A DNA stretch of 64,000 nucleotides from Nostoc sp. (GTDB lineage Bacteria > Cyanobacteriota > Cyanobacteriia > Cyanobacteriales > Nostocaceae): positions 3,167 through 67,166 of the forward strand of contig NZ_JBGTFY010000387.1 in the NCBI RefSeq assembly GCF_041747015.1, given 5' to 3'. Positions 19,973 to 28,918 of this stretch are shown here, piece after piece (positions within the stretch are counted from its first letter, which is position 1; the number at the start of each line of letters is the position of its first letter). The notes under the pieces are model-generated. The model did no database searches, was not told the DNA's origin, and worked only from the letters and a program-made list of their open reading frames with translations. The translations under genes were made by a program, and so were the position numbers.

Positions 19973-20764
19973 ATGGACTTTTTATTGTTGCCTTTCTTCA
20001 GCTTTATAGTTGGTATTGTTGTTGGTCTAACAGGAATTGGTGGCGCTTCTTTGATCACGCCGATGTTGATTTTTGTTTTTCAAGTACCACCTGCGATCGC
20101 AGTAAGTTCTGATGTTGTTGCTGCTACACTCATGAAAGTCGTTGGTAGTATCAAACACTGGCAGCAGCAAACTCTTGATGTAGAGGTAGTAAAATGGCTA
20201 GCTTTGGGAAGCGTTCCTGGTTCTCTGTTCGGGGTAGCAATACTGCACCTGATTAAACAGAATGGAGAGCATAACTTGAACAACATCATGTTGCACTTGC
20301 TGGGTGTAACTATTCTGTTGGTTACAGTTTTGGCCTTAGTGCAAATGCTGCTGTTAATTTTCTTCCCACAGTTACAATTACCTGAAATCCCCAAATTTGA
20401 TTTAACAACTCAACTAGGATGCTTGCAGACGATAAGTGTAGGAGCATTTTTAGGTTGTGTTGTAGGTCTAACAAGCGTCGCTTCCGGTTCAATGTTTGCC
20501 TTAGTACTGATTGCATTTTTCCGCTTGGATGCAAAGAAATTAGTTGGTACAGATATTTCCCAGGCAGCAATTCTATTAGTATTTACTGCGCTTGGACACC
20601 TCACCTTGGGGACAGTTGATTGGAGCTTAGTTTTACCAATATGGCTTGGCTCAGTACCAGGAGTATTAGTAGGGGCTAAAATCTGCAAATTTGCACCCCA
20701 AAAACCATTGCGGTTTATGATTTATTTTATATTAATGATAGTGAGCTTAAAGCTAGTTTATTAG
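19973..20764 (+). CDS. TauE/SafE (TSUP, DUF81) family anion exporter
   Basis: Polytopic protein with VGLTGIGGASLITPMLIF and a second GS-rich repeat half, typical of TSUP proteins. Confidence 0.75.
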   Translation: MDFLLLPFFSFIVGIVVGLTGIGGASLITPMLIFVFQVPPAIAVSSDVVAATLMKVVGSIKHWQQQTLDVEVVKWLALGSVPGSLFGVAILHLIKQNGEHNLNNIMLHLLGVTILLVTVLALVQMLLLIFFPQLQLPEIPKFDLTTQLGCLQTISVGAFLGCVVGLTSVASGSMFALVLIAFFRLDAKKLVGTDISQAAILLVFTALGHLTLGTVDWSLVLPIWLGSVPGVLVGAKICKFAPQKPLRFMIYFILMIVSLKLVY

Positions 20765-20854
20765 AGAATATCAAATATTGAAGGAGGCAAAAAAAGCAAA
20801 TTATAAAAGTAGTAACGCACCATCTTCGTCTTCAGGGTGCGTTACTACTGTTAG

Positions 20855-21433
20855 TTAATGAATCGTAATTCCAACAAGTCCGATGGCATCTTCAAAATCA
20901 GCCCCTTGCAAGTTAGCTCCCTCTATATTTGCATTTGTGAGATTTGTTTTCTGCAAGTCTGCTTTTTGCAGATTTGCTCCTTGTAGATTTGCCCCTTCTA
21001 AGTTAGCTTTTTCTAAGTCAGCATCAAATAGATTTGCTTCTTGCAGGTTTGCTTGTGCTATGTTTGCTTTGCCTAAATCTACTCCCTGCAAGTTTGCTGA
21101 TTTTAGGTTTATTCCCTGTAAATTAGCCTTTTCTAATTTTGCATCTTGCAAGTTCGCACCCTCCAAGTTAGCGGCTTGTAGGTTTGCATCCTCAAAGGAT
21201 ACCCCACTCAGATTGCACCCGACACATTCATTGGTTTCTAATAAACGTCTAACGTTTGCTGTTATCGACTCCGTAGTTAACGCTACTGGAACAGATGTAG
21301 ATTCGGTAGGTATCAATGATGTTTGTTGAGCTAGAGCGCTGGGCTGGTCAAGCAGAGAAAATACCATTGCAAATGCTAGAAATGCAGCAGTTAAAATCCA
21401 GGAAGTGATTTTTTTGGAATTGGGTATATTCAT
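20855..21433 (-). CDS. Secreted pentapeptide-repeat protein
   Basis: N-terminal signal peptide followed by long ANLQGANLEGANLQD-type A(D/N)LXX repeats. Confidence 0.9.
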   Translation of the reverse strand: MNIPNSKKITSWILTAAFLAFAMVFSLLDQPSALAQQTSLIPTESTSVPVALTTESITANVRRLLETNECVGCNLSGVSFEDANLQAANLEGANLQDAKLEKANLQGINLKSANLQGVDLGKANIAQANLQEANLFDADLEKANLEGANLQGANLQKADLQKTNLTNANIEGANLQGADFEDAIGLVGITIH

Positions 21434-21582
21434 TAGTTTCTCCTTGTGATTATTTGTAGTTAAAACAATAGCAAAACATTAAAACTCATAAGCTATTTTT
21501 TGAATCCTGACGTTTTTAGTTTTGCTAGTTACTTTAGTAAAAGTAGTGAGTTTCCGACTAAAACGCGTAGGTGCTTTTACGC

Positions 21583-22254
21583 TTAATTAGAAAACATTCC
21601 AATGCTAGGTAACAGTAGATACGTTTCACTCTTCATCAGAATGGAGAGTCCCAACCAGATTAATACGAAGGGAAAGATTTTCCGACCATAGCGAGCTAGA
21701 ACGGGAGCCATTAGAGGGTTACGAGTCAGGTTGTAAGATAGAAAACACCACAGCCCAACTGTTAAGTAGCAAACAGACAAAATTACTCCTAAACTTGGAA
21801 GATTGCTACTAGCAAATAACGGCACGTAGATACCAATATTATTTCCTCCATTGGCAATGGTGACAGCAGAAACGCGATAGGTTTGAGGGTCGCGGATAGT
21901 CGCCAATAGCGATTTTTTCTGGCGCTGAGGTTTTACATGATTTAAGTTAATTGATACAGCTTGTACTGCCTCTTCCTCATTTTCTCTAGTCATGAGATGA
22001 TTAATACCAATAGCGATTGGAAGAAAACCTAGTAATCCAATCCAGGTATGTGGAATGATTAGACCACCGAAAAACCCAGGAAGACTGGCAAATACCAAAG
22101 CAGTGAATCCCAGAAATTCACCGATAATAATGTGTTTGGGACGAAAGGTATGATTAACTTTTCCAAAGAATGCCGTCAAATACAAATTATCATCAAAGGT
22201 AGTTGCAAAAGCAGCAGAAATTCCGATAATTAGAGTACCAATTAACCAACTCAT
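21583..22254 (-). CDS. CadD-family (cadmium resistance transporter-like) membrane protein, paralog 1
   Basis: FATTFDDNLYL...RPKHIIIGEFLGFTALVFASLPGFFGG...TIANGGNNIGIYVPLF aligns with the other three paralogs and with my memory of S. aureus CadD. Start taken at MSW (22254) by paralog alignment. Confidence 0.75.
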   Translation of the reverse strand: MSWLIGTLIIGISAAFATTFDDNLYLTAFFGKVNHTFRPKHIIIGEFLGFTALVFASLPGFFGGLIIPHTWIGLLGFLPIAIGINHLMTRENEEEAVQAVSINLNHVKPQRQKKSLLATIRDPQTYRVSAVTIANGGNNIGIYVPLFASSNLPSLGVILSVCYLTVGLWCFLSYNLTRNPLMAPVLARYGRKIFPFVLIWLGLSILMKSETYLLLPSIGMFSN

Positions 22255-22688
22255 GTTTGTTGCTCGCAATGATTTAATTCTGGTTTTCTAGTCCCTCTCT
22301 AATTTTAAAGTTGAGGGTATATTAGGCGTTTGTTCCACTGTTTTGCCTAGCATCAGCAGACAGATAAGTTTTGGATGTTCTAGAGGCGATCGCTATCAAA
22401 TCAAATAGTGATTTTTTCTCAGCAAGATCCTTTAACCTTGTCTGAACTCAATATATTTCCTTTGACTCAATAAAAGCAAATATTCTTTCTTTTCAAAACG
22501 ATAAACAAAATTTATGGATAATTGCAAAAATCAAACTACCATTCAAAACAGCCCAAAAACTCTGATTAAAAGGTTTTTGGGCCATTGAAAATTCCGTTTA
22601 GTGGTACTATTGCTCTTGATATTGAAGCGAATTTAAATAATCGCAGAGGAAAAAAACTGATTTAGAAATTTTATAGATAACAGAAAAT

Positions 22689-23348
22689 CTATTTTATCCC
22701 AGGTAATAGGGCAAATGTACCCCTTTCATACATAATGTAGAAACCTAAGCTAATCAATATAAATGGTACAGCAGTTTTACCATAACGAGTTAAAATATAG
22801 ACCATTGTGGCTTGACGAGCTAATAAGTAAGCAATAAAATACCAAACTCCTGTCATAATCAGAAAAACTATCAGTATTACCAGTAAGCTCGTAAGACTTT
22901 GACCAGAGAATAAGGGAATATAAATGCCAATATTATCACCACCATTAGCAAAGGTAACTGCCGCAAATTTGTAAGTTTGGGGACTTAAAATACTCAAGAT
23001 AAAAGTTAATACAGGATTATTATTAGTCGATGGCTTTAAATTAGTTGTAACAGTCTGAACTTCTGGATTTTCTGTTTCTTGATTCAGTAATTGCTTGATA
23101 CCGATTGCTATTGGCAAAATTCCCAATAATCCTATCCAGGCTCTTGGTACTAATAAACTTCCAAAGAAACCTGGTAAACTGGCAACAACGATGGCGGAAA
23201 AACCAAGATACTGTCCAACAAAAATATGCCGACGGCGAAATTGAGTATTTATCTCTGAAAAAAATAGCAGTAGTATAATAATGTCGTCAATATTGGTGGC
23301 GGCAAAGGCAATAATTGCTTCAGTAATAGTTGTACTAATTTTACTCAT
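22689..23348 (-). CDS. CadD-family membrane protein, paralog 2
   Basis: ATNIDDIIILLLFFS...RRRHIFVGQYLGFSAIVVASLPGFFG...FANGGDNIGIYIPLF. Confidence 0.8.
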   Translation of the reverse strand: MSKISTTITEAIIAFAATNIDDIIILLLFFSEINTQFRRRHIFVGQYLGFSAIVVASLPGFFGSLLVPRAWIGLLGILPIAIGIKQLLNQETENPEVQTVTTNLKPSTNNNPVLTFILSILSPQTYKFAAVTFANGGDNIGIYIPLFSGQSLTSLLVILIVFLIMTGVWYFIAYLLARQATMVYILTRYGKTAVPFILISLGFYIMYERGTFALLPGIK

Positions 23349-23444
23349 TTAGGGTTGTCAGAAATACTGCTTAACCTATAAAATAAGAATTTTAAGCTGC
23401 ATATCATAGTTAGGTACTTAATAAACAAATCAGGATATATTGAA

Positions 23445-24122
23445 ATGAGTGAGTTGATTACTACACTCTTAGTTGGAGTCTCAGCCTTCATTGCCACTAA
23501 TATTGATGATATCGTTATTTTATTACTGCTGTTTTCGCAAATAGATTCTAACTTCAGGTATCGACACATTGTTGCTGGTCAATATTTAGGCTTTACAGTG
23601 TTAGTGATTGCCAGTCTTCCTGGGTTATTCGGTGGGTTAATCATACCACCCAATTGGATTGGACTGCTGGGATTAATACCAATATCAATGGGCATCAGCA
23701 GTTTAATCAATCGAGAAGAAAACGAAACTCAAGAGGTTGCAGTTGCAACAGTAGAATATCAAGATTCAAATGCTACAAGTCTTTTTAACGTCCAAACTTA
23801 CAGCGTTGCAGCTATCACGATCGCTAATGGAAGTGATAATATTAGCGTCTATGTGCCGTTATTTGCTAGTAGTAATTTAGGCAAGTTTCTAATTATTATT
23901 GGAGTATTTTTTATATTAATAGCAGTTTGGTGTTATTTAGCTTATAAATTGACTTATCAAACAAAAGTTGCAGATATTTTAAGTCAATATAGTAGTTATA
24001 TTTTACCTTTTGTGTTAATAATATTAGGTGGATTGATTATTTTAACAACTGAAGCTTTAAGCCTAATAAAACTAGCAGCAAGTTGTGTTTGTTTAATGAT
24101 TTTAGTGAAAAAAAATAGTTGA
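23445..24122 (+). CDS. CadD-family membrane protein, paralog 3
   Basis: ATNIDDIVILLLLFS...YRHIVAGQYLGFTVLVIASLPGLFGG...IANGSDNISVYVPLF. Confidence 0.8.
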   Translation: MSELITTLLVGVSAFIATNIDDIVILLLLFSQIDSNFRYRHIVAGQYLGFTVLVIASLPGLFGGLIIPPNWIGLLGLIPISMGISSLINREENETQEVAVATVEYQDSNATSLFNVQTYSVAAITIANGSDNISVYVPLFASSNLGKFLIIIGVFFILIAVWCYLAYKLTYQTKVADILSQYSSYILPFVLIILGGLIILTTEALSLIKLAASCVCLMILVKKNS

Positions 24123-24143
24123 CTATACTAATTTATCGACAAG

Positions 24144-25079
24144 TTAAGCAACTTGTACATTCTCTTGCATGAGAAGATTTTCAAAAGCTATCATCACCCG
24201 TGTATGAAAACGTTGGCGGTGTTTCACTTTCCAAACAGGCTGAAAAATTTCTAATTTCTTCGTAGATTTTTTTTGCAACTCGATAATTCGCACTGCATGT
24301 AATGTCCCCAGTCGCAATTCTTTTTTTACCATAGATTCTGGAATTGCAGCTGCACCAACGCCGGTTTCTACAACTGCTTTCACCATTTCGCTAGTGTTCA
24401 AGTTAAGTACAACATCCAGGTTGCTGGGTTCAATTCCCCAACTTTGCAAGGCTTGGTGAAACGTCTGCTGTGCGCCGGAACCAGACTCGTGCATTACCCA
24501 ACTTGTGCTGAGTAATTCATCTACATAAATCTCGGTACGCTGGAATCAAGGGTGAGATTTACTTACTACAATTTGCAAGCGATCGCTCCCTACTTGTTCT
24601 TTGTCTAAACAGTGTTGCAATGATGGTTTAATCTCCCCTGTAACCAAACCTAAATCATACATACCCACAGCAGTCCCTTCACAAATTTCTTCAGCATTTC
24701 CCAGCTTGCAGTTGATAAAAATACCGGGATATAACTGCTTAAACTGGCTTATTTTTTCGGGCAACCAATAATTACCAACTGTAAGACTTGCACCTAACTT
24801 CAACTCTCCCCGTTGCAAATTATTTAATTCCTTCAAGCCACGTTCTGTTAACTCTACATGATCAAGAATTTTCTGCGCCTCACTCTGCAATAATTTACCA
24901 GCATCTGTAATTTCAATATGACGACTAATCCGATGAAATAACCTTACACCATATTCTGTCTCTAAGGTTTGAATAGCAGCACTCACTGCTGGTTGGGTGA
25001 TATAAAGTGCTTCAGCTGCGCGGGTAAAGTGCAACATTTCTGCAACGACTAAAAAAATTCGTAACTGCTCCAGCGTCAT
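24144..25079 (-). pseudogene. LysR-family transcriptional regulator interrupted by an in-frame TGA
   Basis: ORFs 24546-25079 (wHTH and first substrate-domain half) and 24144-24494 are in the same frame. They are separated by a TGA at 24546-24548, where HP-W-FQRTEIYVDEL would be expected (a TGG to TGA change). Confidence 0.75.
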
Positions 25080-25332
25080 TTTGGCTATATACAGGCTTTG
25101 AGGATGGTAATTTTGAACATCATTAAAGTATTATACGTTAACCTGAGCGGAAAACTGTAGATAGTTGTAACTGTATTACGTGTACGCTATGTTGTCTAGA
25201 ATCAATAAATTATATCTATGGATTTGACAAAAAAGACTGTTTGCTTTTATTGATGAGGAGCCATAGAGTGAAACTATGCCTTTTAACAGAGATGGTTGAG
25301 GTAACTACCATTGACGGAGATACGACACACAC

Positions 25333-26105
25333 ATGAGCGGATTACTGACTGCTATTCCTACAGGACTCACTGCTTTTGCTGCCACAAATCTTGATGATAT
25401 TGTCGTTCTATCGCTGTTTTTTTCACAAATAAATACTTGCTTTCGCCGTCGTCACATCGTTATTGGTCAATATCTGGGTTTTAGTGCCTTAGTAGTTGCA
25501 AGCTTACCTAGCTTTTTTGGCAAGTTCATCTTACCAGCGTCCTGGATTGGTTTACTCGGTATTGTTCCTATCATGATCGGTATCAGTCGTTTACTCAATC
25601 AAGAGACTGACGATGGAGAAAATCCAAATACTCCCGAACCTTCTCAAGGTTGGTGGTGTAACTTTCTCTCTCCCCAAACCTACGGTGTAGCGGCAGTAAC
25701 GATCGCTAATGGTGGTGATAACATTAGTATTTATATGCCGATGTTTGCTACCAGCAGATGGGATAGCTTACTTGTGATTTTGGCAGTGTTTTTCGTTATG
25801 GTTGGTGTGTGGTGTTATGCAGCCTATTGTCTAACTCAGGTAAGTGCGTAGGCTAGCCCGTCGTAGACATCGCTTCTGTAATTACTCGCTATGGTAATTC
25901 CCTTATTCCCTTTATTTTAATCGGATTGGGTGTTTCCATTTTGATGGAAAGCCAGACTTTAGAAACTCTATCTTTAGTTGTCATTACTTCTGTAAGTATC
26001 GGTTCTTACCTGTTAATTCTAGGCAAAAGTGTATGGCAAGAAACTTACGGATTTTCTTTAGAATCACCGAAAGCTGATATTTTTTCTAGGGTAGAGCATA
26101 AATGA
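25333..26105 (+). pseudogene. CadD-family membrane protein, paralog 4, broken by a small GC-rich insertion
   Basis: The N-terminal 170 aa are intact up to AYCLTQ. About 20 extra nt, containing gcgtaggctagcccgtcgtagacatcgc, introduce a TAG and a frame change. The C-terminus (VITRYGNSLIPFILIGLGVSILME...) continues in another frame from 25878 to the TGA at 26103-26105. Confidence 0.7.
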
Positions 26106-26222
26106 ATTCTCTGTAGACATTAGTTACATCAACAGATAGCTGAAAAAATGCTGACATAATACCTTAATGTATGTAGTTAGTAGCTGGTCAAAAAAAGATT
26201 TCTATTTCACAAGGAGAAATAC

Positions 26223-26846
26223 ATGAAATTGTTCAGAATCAATATTGTTAAAATCACTCTTGTTTGCTTATTGTTACTAGCGAATTTGATGATTGCTCAA
26301 CCATCTTGGGCAGGTAAAAAATACACTACCGATCCAGACTATATCGAAGTTACCAAAGCATTAGAATCTACCTTGCAGAATCAAGAAACTCAAGGAAAGA
26401 CACCAGAGATTAAGCAAGAAATTTCTGAATTAAAGTTCCAAAAGTACATCATTGAAAATAGTGAAGATTCTTATGGAGTTTGTCGTAATGAAACAGATAA
26501 AACGCTGTTAGTCTACGGTGAGAAACCAAAAAAATCTACATCAACCTACGATAATGAATTATATCTGCTACCCAGTAATGCAGAAACTGACGATGAGTGG
26601 AACTGTGAAGGTGTTTATATTCCTGGACAAGCTGCTACAGAAGAACAGGGAGCCACACTTCCTAAAGCTTTTAAGATTGTTCATGGAACTCGCTTAGTTG
26701 CTACAACTAACCCCCGAAATGGAGAAATTGAATTTAATGTCCCATTTTCCAAAGTTCTCAATCCTGGCGAAGATAACTGGTTTATTCCTGAGAATTTACA
26801 AGCTGCACTTGATGCCAAAATTACCACTGCAAAAATTGACGATTAA
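26223..26846 (+). CDS. Hypothetical secreted protein
   Basis: 207-aa ORF with an N-terminal signal-like segment (LLLLANLMIAQPSWA). GGAG is upstream. AT-rich setting. Confidence 0.55.
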   Translation: MKLFRINIVKITLVCLLLLANLMIAQPSWAGKKYTTDPDYIEVTKALESTLQNQETQGKTPEIKQEISELKFQKYIIENSEDSYGVCRNETDKTLLVYGEKPKKSTSTYDNELYLLPSNAETDDEWNCEGVYIPGQAATEEQGATLPKAFKIVHGTRLVATTNPRNGEIEFNVPFSKVLNPGEDNWFIPENLQAALDAKITTAKIDD

Positions 26847-27020
26847 GTAAATGGCTTTGCAAAATTCGTAATAACACTCCTACGGAAGCTCGATTACTCG
26901 CTAACGTAATTAACTTTTTGCAGAGGTTTGAGACATTTCAAATGAGTGTTTTATTTACACCGTACTGTACTAACACTGATTAAATAACTTAATTAAGCAA
27001 GAATCGTGAATAAAAACTAA

Positions 27021-27047
27021 GAGTCAGAATTTATCTGGCTCTTTTTT
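27021..27047 (+). terminator. Candidate intrinsic terminator
   Basis: gagtcag (27021-27027) pairs with ctggctc (27035-27041) with one mismatch, followed by TTTTTT. Confidence 0.35.
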
Positions 27048-27275
27048 CTAATTTTATACTATTAAAATATTGAATTTACCGACCTATAAGTGACATATCA
27101 GTTCTGGAATTTGAATAAAAATAATTTATGCAAAACACTAGGTTAACTAATAGCTATTTTTATTTGAAAAAACGTAATATCTTATTTTAAGTTTATGATA
27201 TATTTATCTATTTTTATGAGAAAATATAAATCAAATATTAAAGATTTTGAATAATTAATTGAAGATGTAAGTACT

Positions 27276-27701
27276 ATGAAGACGGAAGCAGAAAAATTAG
27301 AAGTCAAGAAATTAGAAAAAAAGAAGTATAGGTCAGACCGAATTCGGGATCACTTGGCGAATGAACGTACTTATTTGGCATGGATGCGGAGTGGTATTGC
27401 GCTCATGGGTTTTGGTGTTTTGATTGTGCGGTTGCGGATTATCCGCCCTCCATTAGCACCACAACCTCCTGGTAATGGTTGGAAGTTGGGTTTAGCTTTC
27501 GCGTTGGTAGGTGTGTTAAGCGTGCTACTTTCAACTCAACATTATTTTGCTGTTCGCCGAGACATTGACGAGGATACTTATCAACCTCCAGACCGTTGGA
27601 TACTTCTTGCAAGTTTAGCTGTGCTTCTCCTTGGTGTAGGAGTTATTTACTATGTTTTTACGGTTCCTCTAGATTATTTACAGACTTTCTTGCTGGAGTA
27701 A
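27276..27701 (+). CDS. DUF202 (YidH-like) membrane protein
   Basis: RDHLANERTYLAWMRSGIALMGFG is the DUF202 signature. Three TM segments. Confidence 0.75.
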   Translation: MKTEAEKLEVKKLEKKKYRSDRIRDHLANERTYLAWMRSGIALMGFGVLIVRLRIIRPPLAPQPPGNGWKLGLAFALVGVLSVLLSTQHYFAVRRDIDEDTYQPPDRWILLASLAVLLLGVGVIYYVFTVPLDYLQTFLLE

Positions 27702-27779
27702 TGGGTGTAGGTTTGCAGGGGGATCTAAAAGGCAATAGGGAGAACTATTGCCTTTTGCCTTCTTACTTGGTTAATGTTT

Positions 27780-28553
27780 TTATGTTTGGCGGTTAACTAG
27801 GGTAGCACTAGCTTGGTCAACAGGCATCAGCACAACTTCATTAATATTGACATGAGGCGATCGCGTCACACAAAAAAATATCACATCAGCCACATCATCT
27901 GCCGTCAGCGGGGTAACTCCCTGATAGACTTTGTTGGCGCGTTCAATATTCCCGTGAAAGCGCACCTCGCTAAATTCCGTTTCTACCATCCCCGGATCAA
28001 CGGAAGTCACACGCACAGGGGTACCTAACAAGTCTTGTTTTAAACCTTCAGAAATTGCCCTTACCGCAGCTTTCGTAGCACAGTAGACATTACCGCCAGG
28101 ATAGGTTTGATGTCCGGCAATTGAACCTAAATTTACCACATGACCGCGATCGCGACTTACCATTCCAGGAACAACATAACGGGACAAGTAAAGTAAACCC
28201 TTAATGTTAGTATCAATCATTTCTTCCCAGTCTTGAAAGTTGCCTTCGTGCAACTTGTCTAAACCGCGACTTAGACCAGCATTGTTAATTAGAATGTCAA
28301 TGTCAGACCAGGAAGGGGGTAGAGTAGAAATTGCAGATTCAACAGCAGTGCGATCGCACACATCTAACTGTAACAAATGAATTTCAACACTAAATTCTTT
28401 ACTGAGAGCATCTGCTAGCTGCTGCAAACGTTCTAAACGTCGTGCCGTTAAAATCAGTTTTGCACCCGCACCAGCGAATGTTTTAGCACATGCAGCACCA
28501 ATACCACTGCTTGCACCAGTAATCAAAATGATTTGATTTTGTAGGGAGGTCAT
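27780..28553 (-). CDS. Short-chain dehydrogenase/reductase (YdfG-like NADP-dependent)
   Basis: TGASSGIGAA cofactor motif, NNAG, and the catalytic YCATKAA (YxxxK). Confidence 0.85.
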   Translation of the reverse strand: MTSLQNQIILITGASSGIGAACAKTFAGAGAKLILTARRLERLQQLADALSKEFSVEIHLLQLDVCDRTAVESAISTLPPSWSDIDILINNAGLSRGLDKLHEGNFQDWEEMIDTNIKGLLYLSRYVVPGMVSRDRGHVVNLGSIAGHQTYPGGNVYCATKAAVRAISEGLKQDLLGTPVRVTSVDPGMVETEFSEVRFHGNIERANKVYQGVTPLTADDVADVIFFCVTRSPHVNINEVVLMPVDQASATLVNRQT

Positions 28554-28918
28554 TGTTAGTCAAATGTCAAGAGTCCAGTGTCAATTGTCCAATAATTTGG
28601 AACTCAAGCGAATTACAGTAGACATATAGTAAAAAAAAATGTAGACATATAGCACTTCTACATCTCTACAAGGGTTCTGGATAACGCATATTTAATTTCT
28701 GGAGATGTCTTTTAGAAGTCTTCTGCTATTAACCTCAGAATTCATTCTGAGGCAAGGCAGTTGTTAGAATGGAACTTGTTCGCCAATTCTGAGAATTATG
28801 AGTTTTTATCTGGAAGTTTTAAGTTCTCAGAATAAAAGTTAGACTCACCTTGACAGAGATAGGGTGTAGGGGAACCCCCACACCCCTCCTGAAGTGGCTT
28901 GGTCATCAGAAGATGGAA

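Noticed and set aside
20883-21329. 148-aa plus-strand ORF with the repeating pattern FA.CKFAPS.
   Set aside because: It is the antisense reading of the pentapeptide-repeat gene. The periodicity is inherited from the real gene.
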